DNA from: Eledone cirrhosa
Lineage: Eukaryota
Assembly (NCBI GenBank): GCA_964016885.1
Contig: OZ024755.1
Location: 17,174,001 to 17,238,000 of the forward strand
Length of the DNA: 64,000 bases
Direction: 5' to 3'
The notes below the pieces were generated by a model that had not been told where the DNA came from, ran no database searches, and worked only from the letters and a program-made list of their open reading frames with translations. Shown here in pieces: positions 25,354 through 39,168 of this stretch (position 1 is its first letter; each line of letters starts with the position of its first letter). The translations under genes were made by a program, and so were the position numbers.

Positions 25354-27221
25354 GTAATTCACATTTGTTTTTGCTTTTATGGGGCTTTATTTTTCATTTT
25401 TTTTGCTTGTTTGTTTCTTAATCTTCTATTTTATTTATTTATTTATTTTTAGTTAATCTTAAATTTCATTGTTTAGTTTTTTGTTATTTTTTTATTTTAT
25501 TTATATATATATATATATTTAGTTAATTTTAAATTTCATTGTTTAGTATTTTTTTGTTAATTTTTTTAATATTTATATATTTTTTTTCAGTTAATTTTAA
25601 ATGTCATTATTTAGTAATTTTTTTTTAATTTTTTGTTTTATATATATATATTTTTTTGTTAATTTTTTTTATTTTATATATATATATTTTTTATTTTTTA
25701 TTTTATTTATATATATTTTTAGTTAATTTTAAATTACATTGTTTACGCTTAACGTCCCACTCAAATGTTCTGACATTGAAATTATTGGGATACAGTCATC
25801 CTTGAAATTTAATATGGCTACTACAATTGTGCTATTATTTTTTCTTTAAATGTTTTTTCCTTGTTTTGTCTAGAAGTGTTGTTTAAACCCCACTCCACCC
25901 ATGCCACCCCACCTTACCCATTTTTTTGTTTTTGTTATTTTATTTTATTCAAGTAATACTACTGCTATATCTTAGCTAAAGAGATAAACGACTTCCTGTA
26001 ACCAATATATGTATGTGTGTTTGTGTGTGTAGGTATGTGTTGGCATGTGGGTGTGTGTATTTGTATATGTATATATATGTGTGTGTGGGCATATATGTGT
26101 GTGTGTATGAATGTATGTATGCATGTGTGTATGTATGTTGTGTGCATGTATATATGTATGTGTGGATGTATGTATGTATGTGTGTATATGTGTGTATGTA
26201 TATATGTATGTGTGTATGTATGTGTGTATGTATATATGTACTTATATATATATGTATGTGTGCATGTATATATGTGTGTGCGGGTGGCATGTATATGTAT
26301 GTATACATGTATGTAGTGTGTATATGTGTGTATGTATATATGTACTTATATATATATGTGTGTATGTATGTGTGCATGTATATATTTATATGTGGTGGGT
26401 GTATATATATATATATATGTATGCATGTGTAAGTCTATGTATGTATATACGTACGTATATATATATATATGTATGTATGTATATATGTAAGTATCTTTCC
26501 CCCTTGTCATTTAGATGAAATGGCCCTCTTATCACCCAACTCCCATTTGTGCTCAAATGTCAGAGATTGTGGTCTTTCTGAATTATCACTATTAGTTTGG
26601 AATTTGTAAGAATTGTATGAGTGTGCTTCTATGTATGTGTATGTGTTTTTGTGTGTGCTTTTTAAGTGTGTATGTTTGTGTGTGTATGTTTTGTTTTTGT
26701 CTGTGTGCTATGTTTTGTGTATGTGTGTTTTTATGTGTGTTTTGTGGGTGTGTGTATGTCTTTGTGTGTTTTGTGTGTATGTATGTGTTTGTGTATGTTT
26801 TTCTGTGTGTGTTTGTGTATGTATGTGTTTTTATGTGTATATTTTTGTGTATGTATGTGTGTGTTTTTGTGTGTTTATATATGTTTGTTTGTATTTGCAT
26901 GTGTGTGTGTGTCTGAATGTGTGTTTTTATGTTTATAGATAGATTCTGAAATTATTTTATCTAGTAACTAAATTCTACCACCCCATATCAAACCATTTCT
27001 CAGTTTGGTTTGTGTGAGCAAGTTAAGACAAAATAACATTACTAGGATATTTCCGACAAAGCAATGGCAATGTTACCGTGTTGTTTCATGGAATAATCTA
27101 GAGAGAGAAAAATATATTGGTAAGATATTTAATTTAAAATTCACTGGTGTGATTTCATTTGTTAGTTTTCTATTTATACTTTGATTTAAAAGCAGGCATT
27201 TTTGTGTGAACTGTTAGAAGT

Positions 27222-27832
27222 TAACCTTTCATGACTGCATTTCTAATGAAATACACTCTATTTTGATCAATTAAAAAAGAATGTTGAGGAATTTATTAAA
27301 AGTATTTATTATTTCATTTCTAAAATAGTAACTTAATGTAAGGTTCTTATATAAAATTATGGTGGAAGATTTTAATTTAAATTAGAAACCTTTCAAATGA
27401 GTGGTTTTATTTCATAGAACCAAAGCCATTAATGGCCAGATTGGTAACATAGTAACTTAATGTAAGGTTCTTACATAAATTTTTGCTAGAAGATTTTAAT
27501 TTAAATTAGAAACCTTTCAAATGAGTGGTTTTGTTTTGTAGAACCAGTGCTGGTTTTGGCCGAGCTGGTAACATAGTAACCTAATGTAAGGTTCTTATAT
27601 AAATTTATGCTGGAAGATTTTAATTTAAATTAGAAACCTTTCAAATGAGTAGTTTTGTTTTGTAGAACCAGTGCTGGTTTTGGCCGAGCTGGTAACATAG
27701 TAACCTAATGTAAGGTTCTTATATAAATTTATGCTGGAAGATTTTAATTTAAATTGGAAACCTTTAAAATGAGAGGATTTTATTTCACAGAACCAGAGCC
27801 AGTTTTGGCTAGATTGGTAATTGAAGGGTTAA
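27222..27832. mobile_element. Second TTAA-MITE family copy with an internal 4 x 124-bp tandem expansion; other copies at about 4690-5032, 7862-8110, 22300-22740, 36640-36905, 41740-41885, 42180-42360, 47300-47710, 60250-60440
   Basis: TTAACCTTTC...GAAGGGTTAA ends; ATAGTAAC recurs at 27325, 27449, 27573, 27697. Confidence 0.75.
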
Positions 27833-29371
27833 AATTCACTGGTTGATTTAATTTGTTAGTTTTCTATTTATTCTTTTCCTTTAAAAGCAGATATTTTTAG
27901 TGTGAAATGTTCGAATTCAAATAAACTTCTCCACAGTGTTTGTTATTCTCCAAATAAAATATTCTGTTTTGCTTTAACATGCTGTTTTGTATATAGAACA
28001 TCACAGTCTTGTATTGAATTATATATTCCAGTAGAACTAGAACTGTTTGACCTGTAAGCTTGTACATGTGTGTATTTGTCTACATGAATGCATGTGTGTG
28101 TGTGTGTGTATGTATCTATATTTGTATGTATGTGTACATGTGTACTTGTGTACATGAATGCATGTATGGGTGTATGTATTTATATGTATGCATGTGTATG
28201 AGAGTACTTGTGTACATGTATGTGTGTATACATTTATTGTATTTAGTGTATGTATGTGTTGATGTGTGTATTTGTATACATGAATGCATGTATGTATTTA
28301 CATATGTATGTGTAGATGTATGTACTTGTGTGCATGAATGCATGGATGTTTATATGTATTTATATATGTATTTATGTGTACTTGTATACATGTATGTGTG
28401 TATGTATTTATATAGGTATGAGTGTATGTATGTGTAGATGTGAGTGCTTGTGTGCATTAATGCATGTATGTGTGTATGTATTTATGTATGTATGTGCACA
28501 TGTGTACTTGTGTGCATGCATGCATGTATATGTGTATGTATCTATGTATGTATGTATGTATGTATGTGCATGTGTGTACTTGGATGGAGGAAGACATTAC
28601 TCTTGAAGATGGCAAAGGAGATACACTAGAACAGCCACTCCACCTTGTGGGGCTCGCATCTAGTGGCAGCTAACTCTGCCCAGATAGCAGTGAGCAGGGA
28701 TGTGGTATTATAAAAAGAAACCTTTTCAAATTTCTTGAAGTGAGGTTTCATATCAGCTCTTAACTGGGCACTTCAAAGAGAAATCCTTTGATTAGACATG
28801 TTGTGCCTTATGAGGCAATACTCCAGCATTATTCCAGCATGGTCTTAGTCATGAGAGCTAAAACAAACTAAAGAACTTAAGAACATTACCCATGCTTTCA
28901 GAAAAAGTATACCAGAAACCTAATCTAAGAGAGTGTATTGTATTCTGTTTTGGAAAGAAAACAGTAAACAATTTTGCGTATAACTGATTTCTTTCTTCTT
29001 TTTTTTTTTGTTTAGCTAGACAGACTAAGAGGATTTTAATAAAAATATAATGCAGTTCATGAGATTAGGTTCAAATCTATTATGATTGGCTGCAAGGTAC
29101 AGACATTGTTGCATGGTTAAGAAGCTTTGTAATGACATGGTTTTAGAGGTTGGCCCTCTTATGTAGTTAATGTTAAAATCTGTTTAAGCTAAAGGCTCAT
29201 CAGGCTGGCGCTTATCTCTGGTTTTCTTGGCATTAAGTAACTGAGAGTACAAGACTCTTCCTGGATAGGGCACCAGTCTATCATAGGATTAGCTTCCCAG
29301 CTACTGCTGGTACTCACTCTCAACTGTGTGGGCTGGAGCAATGCGAAATAAAGTGATTTGCTGCACCCTTT

Positions 29372-29405
<34 letters not shown>

Positions 29406-30123
29406 CTATCTTAGCTCTAGGCTTACATTGTGAGTAGAATTTAATAGATTGACAGACCTGTCAACTCTCCCCGTCCAACGAGGAGATCTCCCCACCCACT
29501 TAGGGGTGAGTGAGAGATTTTTTCATGGTACACCTTGTTAGGGTTTTTAGAGGTTGGCAGGTCTGGATTGAATCTGTTTGGAAATCCTTCATATCACTAA
29601 TAACTTTTATTGGGATTCACTGTTCAATACTAAAAAAAATGGTTTCATCCACTATGTTTATATTTGAGAGAAAATTAAGTTATAGCAATTATATTGTGTA
29701 TATAATGTCTGAGAATGTAAATAAATGTAAACTAAGTTGACGTGAATGCAGTAATTTTGTTATATGAAATATCAGTTGATATTTGATTTTTATTTTATTG
29801 TTTCCATAGTAAAAACTTACAATTCTTCATGCTCCAGTCCATATTATTGTATATATGTACTATGGAATGATAGTTTGTTTTTTTTCTTCCAAAATGGCTG
29901 ACTGAATACACATGAGTTTTTCTCAAATAAATGTTTTTTCCTTTCCTGTCTCTTCTCACTCTCTATTTTTATATTTCATCTTTTACTTCTCTTTCTAGCT
30001 TTTCATGAAAGACTAGTTTTCGAAACCTTAGGACTCTTTTCCTACTATATCAAGGGTTAAACAAATATATTCATTGTACAATATTATTTGCTTTGTTGTA
30101 TCAATTTAATTTTTGTATATATA

Positions 30124-30715
30124 TCTATATATCTAAAACATGTAATGTCTGTCCGTCTGTCTGTCTGTTTCCCTAAAACTCGAGAATCACCCAACCGATT
30201 TTTTTCAAACTGTACACATGTAATACTTATGGTCGTGTGAGTGTTTTGAGCAAAAAAATATTTCAAATGTTCAATGCCTTAGGGACAGCATTAGGCGATT
30301 TAGCGATCTCTCTCTATCTTTCTTAGTCTGTCTTTTTAGATAGATACATAGCTATAATGTCTCGCCCTTATAATATCTGTCTGTATGTCTGGCTGTCTGC
30401 ATCACAACATTATGACACTAATTATATATTCGTGTACAGATTTTTTGCATACACAATAACAAAATATAAACAAATGTATTCATTTCACGAGGCTCGACAG
30501 CAGCAAAAACAACAACGAAAAAGAGAAGGAATGCAATTACATGATTTTGAAAAATCTTAATGGAAAATTATTTGCCTATTCTCCCAAGGCGACTTCACTT
30601 TTTATTAGGACTTCTGCATCAATTGGTGAACATATGACGAAACTGTTTCAGAAAGGAGAGATAAACATGCCAATCTATGTTTAGAATCCTGAACAATGTC
30701 GGGCCATTCTGCTAG
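30124..30715 (+). mobile_element. Non-autonomous Helitron
   Basis: 5' TC(TATATATCTAAAA), (GTCT)n near the 5' end, degenerate 3' hairpin CCTGAACAATGTCGGG then CTAG; lies between A (30123) and T (30716), no TSD. Confidence 0.78.
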
Positions 30716-31391
30716 TATATATATATAATAGCTGCCCACTGTTTATAGTGGAGCAATGTATTGCACATACACACCTTCAGATTTATTGGGTTGCGAATTG
30801 TCTGACATTTAGGCCATTTTCAAGGACTTTAGCAATATAAATTAAGGGATAGAATAACCCTTTGTGTGACTGAGGATATGAAAAGCTCCCTAGTGTTGAT
30901 GCTGCCATAAAATGCACCCAGTACACTTTGTAAAATGATTGGCATCAGGAAAAGCATCCAGCTGTATAAACTAAGCCAAAAACCTATGAGAGCTGTCAGG
31001 AACTCTGAACAAGATCTGACTATAAACTGCATTGATTAACCTGGCCCTAGCCAACATGGAAACTGGATGTATGAAGATGAATTCTGGACTCTGCTCATCA
31101 GAAATATGCCTCTAATCAGTGACAGTTGCCACAGTTTTATACAATGACTTATTAATTCATAACAATTTTCTTTAATCCTATACAAAAAATCTATATGTTT
31201 TTGTCTTCTATCTCACTGCAAATATTTTCATTATAGAATGAAAAAAGAATGAAAAAAGACAGGATGGTCATGCATAAAAGACCAATGATCATATGCTCAA
31301 TTAGCTGACTTGGGGTTAAATAACATCAATGCAAGCTTTATTATAGAAAGATATAAAAAAACATGTAATTATTCACCACTAGCACATCATT

Positions 31392-31580
31392 GGTGGATTG
31401 GCAGTATCGTTAGAGGGTTGGACGCCATGCTTTGCAGCATGGAGTTATAAGCCTTTATGATCTGAGTTCAAATCCTGCCGAGGTTAACTTTGCCTTTCAT
31501 CCTTACGGGGTCGATAAAATAAAGTACCAGTAATACACTAGAATAATTGCTGGCCTTGTGCCAAAAATTAGAAATTATTA
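31392..31580 (+). mobile_element. SINE family A copy; further forward copies or fragments at about 3100-3262, 14468-14560, 20960-21090, 47725-47860
   Basis: Matches family A head, core and tail. Confidence 0.88.
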
Positions 31581-32234
31581 TATTAGTACCACCATCACTA
31601 CTGTGCTGCTATCCACACTACAACACCATCTCTACCACTACAACAATATCGCTACCACTATACTACCATCTCCACCACTGCACCACCATCACCACTATAA
31701 TACCATCTCTACCACTTCACTATGGCAACAACACCATCATCACCACTATACCAATATCTCCACCACTACACTATTACTACACCACCATATCACCATCTCT
31801 ACTACTATACCGCTATCTCTTCCACTATACAACACTACTACAACAACAACACCCCATCACCATCTCCACCACTACAACAACACCACCACCCCATCACCAT
31901 CTCTACACCACTCACTAAACATTCATATCATAAAGATGATAGCAATAATTTTGTGTGAAACCATGATTGAAATCATGTAAAAGAAACAAATCTATTTGAC
32001 CCTTTTGAGACCATATTTCTCAGAAGTATGTATTCTGTCTTTTGTATTAAATTTTAAAATAATCAAGAATAATGAGTGATTTGGTGCAGTAACTAACTTT
32101 CAACTTAATAATAAAAGACAAATATTTAACTACTGAAATCTAATATTATTTTTCATGTAATAATGAGGTTTTAGTCAATGGTTTTGAATTTACATTTGGA
32201 TACTTTAATAGGAATAGTTTTGGGTGGGATTGGG

Positions 32235-32345
32235 GAATTAGTTTCTGGATTTAATGTTGAATATGGAGTGGTTGGGTTTGTGTTGGTATTTATAGCTGAG
32301 TATGGAAATATTTTATTTATAAGATTTTTATTGAGTAGAATATTT
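32235..32345 (+). pseudogene. ND1: NUMT: fragment of mitochondrial NADH dehydrogenase subunit 1
   Basis: Invertebrate mitochondrial code gives [37 protein letters not shown], matching the conserved ND1 [10 protein letters not shown]...F.AEY..I..M block. Confidence 0.9.
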
Positions 32346-32680
32346 TAACATCCTGAGGTGAGATTGGAGTGTAACACTTAACATTTTGTATCAAATGAAA
32401 TCACAATAGCAAGACATTTGTGAAATGTAAAAAATAGCTCTACGACTACATCACGTTAAAAATTAAAGTCTTTATTCTGATTCTCCAAATTTTTTATGAC
32501 GATCTGTCTTCTAGCAAAGATATAAACATTTGAATTAGAAAACGTGATTTTACACATTTTTTTTTACCAAATCCTTACAGGAGTTAAATGGTAAAAAAAT
32601 GTTTATTGTATCAAAAACAATAACAAAATGAAAAAATAAATCTATTAACACAAGCTTTTTTTTTTTTCTACTACTTTCAG

Positions 32681-32861
32681 GATGTCACTTCAGCAATTGA
32701 GTCTGGCAATACGAAGATATCAGATGCAAGCAGCAAAGGAAAAACTGTAATGGAAGCAACTACTGAACAAGGTCAAAAATTGATACAAGATGAACTCGGT
32801 GCTTTGAATGAGGACTTTGTTGAGCTCAGAAAAGCAGCTGAAACCCAACAGTCTAAAATGG
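32681..32861 (+). CDS. Nesprin-like exon 9 (181 nt, phase 0/1)
   Basis: actttcag|GATGTC ... AAATGG|gttagt; DVTSAIESGNTKISDASSKGKTVMEATTEQGQKLIQDELGALNEDF...QSKM; not in ORF track. Confidence 0.9.
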
Positions 32862-35030
32862 GTTAGTGTTTCTCATATTATTTATTGAAGTACACACAAA
32901 GCACACAAGGGCATACATTGTTGTTGGTCCTCCATTGGTTCGGACGATGAGTGCTTCAGTTGTTTGATTAATGGATCAGCCCACTCATGAAATTAATGTA
33001 TAAAGAGTCAAGTATTTCAGAAACAAGTGCCTAAAGTCTATAGTTTGTCTTGAGCTTTTCCTGGTTTCTGAAGCATGAAGCAACTGAGAGTACAATACTC
33101 TCCCCACTGGACAGGTGCTGTGATAAACTGCACTCAGCATTGTGTAAAATGGTAGTGCTGGTGCCATGATAAAATACACCTAGTGCACTGTAAAATGGTA
33201 GTGCAGGTGCCACAGTTAAATGCACCCAGCACTCCATGTAAAATGGTAGTACTGTTGCCATGATAAAATGCACCTAGTGCTCTGTGTAAGTGGTAGTTCT
33301 GGGGCTACAATAAAAAAGACCCAGTACTCTGTAAAGTGGTAGTGCTGGTGTCATGTTAAGATGCACCCAATACACTCTGTAAAGTGGTAGTGCTGGTGTC
33401 ATTAAAATGCACCCAATACACTGTAAAGTAGTGCTGGTGACATGTTAACATGCACCCAATACACTCTTTAAAGTGGTAGTGTTGGTGCCAGGATAAAAAT
33501 GCACCCAGTACACTCTGTAAACTTGTTGATGGTAGGCAGAATATTCAGCTATAAAAATCATGATAAATATCCATATATAGCATGGTTTCTATGGCTGGAA
33601 ATAAGAGTATGAGGTGGCACATTGTCATGTCTAGTTTCAGTCCATGACAACCTCTCCAATCCATACCAACAAGGAAAGTGGATGTAAAACGATGATGATG
33701 ATGATATTTGATTTATTGACCTCCTGTGGTCTTCTCTAATAGAACTTAGGTGCTAAACAATAAATATTTGTCAATAAGTATCCTACTATCAAACCAACGT
33801 TTTGTTTTAGTGTACACACACACGCACACGCACACACGCACACACGCACACGCACACGCACACACGCACACACACACACAACATTGCTACTAGAAGCTTT
33901 TGACCTACTGTCTCAATATATTTGTCTTCTTATTTTATAACTGTTTCTGGACTGAGGTTATGTAAGTATTAAATAGATATTTGGCTTTATAAAGTATACA
34001 TATAGACCAGTTATAGATATTTGATCAGCTTTCTTACTATTTCCAAGCAGAAAATTTATGAAAAATAAAACAAAAATTGAAACACTGGTTTCATATTTTT
34101 CAACTGGATTCTTTAATGCAGTTGATACCTTGAGTAGAGAGAGAAACAATATATTTTAGGAGGAAGATTTGATATTTCAGGATTTTTTTTATTCTAACAA
34201 TAATATGTTTGGATTGCTTTGGTTTTGTCTCATAACTCCTGGAGTTGTAGGGTTGCTATAGAGACATACAGTGTTTCTTTGGCATTTTAAAGCCTAGCAG
34301 AGCCTATTCCTCTCTAGGTCTGAATGCAGCAGATTTCTTTCAGAGGATAGAAAGCCATAGAGAGGAAGTGATAAAGAGATATAGAGGTACAATTGACCCC
34401 AGTACTTGACTGGTACTTTTTTGTTTTTGACCTCAAGAAAATAAAAAGCAAAGTTGACCTTGATGGGATTTTAACTTAGTGTGCAGAGAACCAGAAAGAG
34501 TACCACAAAGCATTCTATTTGATGTTCTAATGATTCTGCCAATTCTCTGCCCAATGATATATAAATTTTTTAAATTTCTGTTGTCCCTATCCAAAGACAA
34601 TTTTTAAGTTGTTCTGTTTACTTAGATATTTGGCCATGCTGTGTTCATGAGATTTACTGTATAGCTAAGAGGTATTTTGCTAGCTTGTGTGGTTTAAAAG
34701 AAAATTTCCTTTATGCCTGAAGAAAGCAATAAGGAACCATTCTGATATATTATCCTTTGAATATATGAAGATAAATTCTTCTGTAGTATTCCAAGAGTTA
34801 ATGTGTTATGAGATTCTTGTTTTGGGTTGATGTTTTTTTTTACTGTTACTAACGTTTAAAAAAAAAGAAAACATCAGTTTTCTGTCAACATATGACACCA
34901 AAATATTTACGAGACTTTTAATAATTACTTTACTCCACAGTCAATGTTATTGCTGATAAATCTCCCTACTCTGCACTTCTACCATTTTTTTAATCATTTT
35001 TTTTTTTTATCTTTAAACATCTTTTAACAG

Positions 35031-35176
35031 AAAAGATTGGCCAACAGTGGAAAGAATATGATAATACACAAGAAGAAATAAGCCAGTGGTTGACTAGTAC
35101 AGTGCCAGCTCAGAAAATTTCTTCTGATAATAAATATTCACTTGTAAACATAGACAAGCAACTTCAAGACAATATG
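35031..35176 (+). CDS. Nesprin-like exon 10 (146 nt, phase 1/0)
   Basis: tttaacag|AAAAGA ... AATATG|gtaatt; (E)KIGQQWKEYDNTQEEISQWLTST...IDKQLQDNM; phase complements exon 9 (181+146=327). Confidence 0.9.
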
Positions 35177-37029
35177 GTAATTTCTTTTTTATTCTTCTAA
35201 TATTTCTACTAAAACTGTTGTTTTGTCACCTGGGAAACATAAATATTCAAACCCACTATGTGCTGAGGAAACGAGTTTCAAAGAAGATTCAGAAAACTCA
35301 GGTGCAGAAAACAACTGCAACCACAGTCAGCTGCTACAAATTAGCCTGCAAAAATCAGGCAAAGACCCTAAAAGATGGTAAAAATGCTGCCAGTAGCCAG
35401 TTTTTGTATGATTTTTGTATGATTTTTCCACTTGCTTCATCAAGACGTTAATTCCATCCTAAAACAAACTGAAGAACTAAGTGTATTGATATTTTTTATT
35501 CATACAAAAAAGGGTCGAGAGGACTCTTCAGTTATGTCAAGAGAACAGCTTCCTCTCTGGTGCTGGCGCCACAATAAATTGCATACAGTATACTACACTC
35601 TGTAAAGTGATTGGTGATAGGAAGGTTATCCAACCATAGAAAACTTGCAAAATAAAGGGTCAAGAAAACTCTTCAGTTGTATCAAAGATATAACAATCTC
35701 CCTAGTACTGGTGCCAAGATAAAACACACAGCCATTACACTTTGCAAAGTATGGAAACATATATAAGATGTGGTTCTTTGGCCCATTTGAGAGCTCAGTG
35801 GTTCCAGCTAAGTACTGACTAGGTCTGTAGTAACTTGTCCAACTCTTGCTAGCAAGGAAGGGAAAGCAGATGATGATGATATCTAAAACGTGTTTTTGAA
35901 ATATTTTAAGGCTTTTGTTTTATTCAGGGGATAATCTCAAACATAGACCCAAAGCTATAAATTTAGCAGGAATGGTATAGTCAGTTATATCAACCTCAGT
36001 ACCTTACTGATATTTTATTTTATCAATGTCGAAATGATGATAAACAAAGTTGACCTTTGTATGATTTGAACTAAGAATGTGAGGACCCAGAATATATACT
36101 GCAAATCATTTCATCAGATACTCTGACATTCCTGCCAATCCAAAAAAAGGATTTTTCTTCCTTATATGAAATTTGCTGGTTATGTGATTATGATACATGA
36201 AATCTATGTTCATATTTGTCTATCTTATGATGGGAACCTGTACACTTTATTTGCTTCAATATATTTACAACATCCATAATCTTTTCAGATTACTCTGGCT
36301 TCTTATTCAGTATGCTGGAATAGTCAAATATTAATCAGCACTCCTATCTGATTGCTAAGGAACTATTTCTTCTGTATGTTTCTTATCTTTCTTCAGAGAT
36401 TGGAAGAGCGAGCTGCTGTAAACTTACATTTATACATTCTTTGATAAATAACCCCCTTTCCAAACCTCATCTATCATGTCAACTGATTTTACTTTACATA
36501 TCATCATTTAGTATGCTATTCCCAAAGTAGGGTCAAATGAAACATGGTAAGCCACTCAATCCTTTTAGCATTTGATGTTACTCGAAGCATATAATCATTG
36601 TATTTGTTGTTGCCAAAAATATTCAGGTTTTTTTCAATTTAACCCCTTCATTACCATATTTCTAATAAAAGACACTGCCTATAATTTTGAAATCAATTTG
36701 AAAATAATCAAACATTTGAAGGGATTTAGTAGTATGACTAATTTTCTTATTATTAAGATAGGTGTTTAGAAAATAGATTAACAGACATTCTTACATAAAA
36801 TTATAATGAAAAGTTTGTAGATAAATATAAAGACTTTAAAATTAATGGTTTTGTATCATAGAATTAGGGGCAGTTTCAAGCAGTTTCGTTTCAAAAGGGT
36901 TTACAGGACTTTTACAAGAAGTTGCTATTTAAATCCTTCACTGAACCTAATAAACAACCTACTTTGCATGGTTCAGTTTCTTGTGTGCATGTGTGTGTGT
37001 TGGGGGGGGGGGGGGGGTTGGACCTCCTT

Positions 37030-37470
37030 CAGTTCTGATGATTTAAAAAAATATGTCTTTGGAGTAACATTACTCGATAGAGTGCATAGCCCAGAGATCA
37101 GAGAGTCAGTCCAGGTAGAGCCTCTACTTCTCCAAATTGAGAGTTCTGATATTATGGGTATGTGGTCAGAATATCTCAAAAGAGAATTGCTGTATAGATT
37201 TTATAGGCAAAACCAACTGGCAAGAGACCCAGGGATAGACCTCTGGGTAAGATGGTTAAATAACATCCATCAGCTTATCTCGTCTCACTTGGGGTGCCCA
37301 GTCAGATCAATTGAAGATGATTGCTTCAAACAGGGCCTGCTTGAGGACTCTGTTTGAGGACTCTGCTCCAACAATCCTCTCCCAAGAATAATTCAACAAA
37401 GATGATGATGATGATGGAGATGATGATGATGACGACGATGACAAAGATGGTGATGACGATGATAATGATG
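37030..37470 (+). mobile_element. Decayed RTE LINE 3' end with (GAT)n tail; other RTE 3' ends at about 44976-45475 (+), 46600-46790 (-), 49110-49300 (+), 63010-63185 (-)
   Basis: GVTLLDRVHSPEIRESVQVEPLLLQIE; RQLRFAGHCWR at about 45002; 45280-45470 and 63010-63185 are inverted homologues. Confidence 0.72.
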
Positions 37471-38980
37471 ATGATGTCTCGTATTGTGTAATTTTACAAT
37501 TCTAAAGCAGCCAAAAAATAGACAGTGTAACTGTCAGTATGAAGTTCATATGAAGGGAAGTAGGAGGTATCAAGCATGATGATTTTTTATGTTGGATATC
37601 TCACCTCTAGGCTCATTGTTGGTAGATCTGTTATCAAAATTGGCAACCTAGAAATAATTTTTTCCTTTTGTCTTTTTCTTACATTTTTGTGGAAAGTCTA
37701 TATTATATAGTAGTCTCACCTATCTAGAATTTATTTTTTATTTTTTATGAATTCTAATGTTCAAATTGAAGAAACAAAACTAAAATATCAAAATAAAACA
37801 AAAGTAAAAATAATAAAAGTAGAAAAAAAAAAAGGATAAAATAGTCTTTTCTCAGCTTTATCTTTATCTTGTAAAATATTTTCGAAAATTATAATTTTTC
37901 TATTTACTTAATTTATTGGCATTCTAGCCATGAGAGTATCATAATATTTCATGAAAATTATAGTTTATGAGATGTGAAAACTTAACCTGCAAGCTAAATC
38001 TGTTTTATTATCAATTATGACAATGTGAAAAGAAAATAACTGATGATAATTGTAATAATTTTATCATCATCATCATCATTGTCAAATTTCATATTTACAT
38101 ACACTCTTCTGTGATAGAGTTGGTTGTATGGAACGATGCTTTATGGCAGAGTTTTATGGCTGAATGGCCTTCCTGACACCTATACTTTTAGTTGCCTCTT
38201 ACAACACACCGGGATATAGTATGCATCACCATCATTGCCATCGTTATAGTTATTTAACATCTTTCTATGCTGACATGGGTTGGGACGGTTGCCATGTTGT
38301 AAGACTGGATGGGTTAAAGAACCATATCTTGCTCGTGTGTTCTATATTTTGTTGTGATTTCTATGGCTTGGTGCTTTTCCAAATGCCAACCCGTTTACAG
38401 AGTGTACTGGATGCATTTTATCATGACACCAGCACTGCCACTTTACAGAGTGCACTGGGTGCATGTTATCATGATACCAGCACTGGTATCATGATAAAAT
38501 ACCACTTTAAGTCTGGCTTAAGACAGACTTTAAATTTAAAGGGTACGTAACGACTGTTTGATAGTTAGCAATATTATTTATGTATCGTGATAAAATACCA
38601 CTTTATAGAGTGTACTGATTGCATGTTATTGTGACACTAGTAGTTTCACTTTACAGAGTGTACTGGGTGCATATCATGACACTAATAGTTTCACTTTACA
38701 GAGTGTACTGGCTGCAACTAGCAGTTGCATTTTGGAGTGTTTTTTCATTGCACTAACAGTTCCATTTTACAGAGTGTACTGGGTGTATTTTATTGTGGCA
38801 TCAGCACTACTACATTATAGAGTGCACTAGGTGTATTTTATTATGGCAACAGCATTCACATTACAGGGTGCACTGAGTGCAGTTTATTGTGGCATCAACA
38901 CTGTAACATTACAGAATATCAAAGTATTTTTACCTATTCGAAAAACCTTTATACACATCGGATATTATGATAATTGTAAT

Positions 38981-39168
38981 TGAAGGCGGAGGATTGGCAG
39001 TATCGGTGGAGGGTCGGACACCATGCTTTCCAGCATAGTTACGTCCCTTTACGATCTGAGTTCAAATCCTGCCGAGGTTGACTTTGCCTTTCATCCTTAC
39101 GGGGTCGATAAAATAAAGTACCAGTAATGCACTGGGTAATTGCTGGCCTTGTGCCTAAAGTAGAAACA
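38981..39168 (+). mobile_element. SINE family A, full length, 17-bp TSD
   Basis: TSD ATTATGATAATTGTAAT at 38964-38980 and 39169-39185. Confidence 0.92.

Noticed and set aside
32160-32234. Upstream continuation of ND1
   Set aside because: In-frame translation (LDTLMGMVLGGIG) lacks the conserved PFD..EGES motif, so it was left out of the ND1 call.
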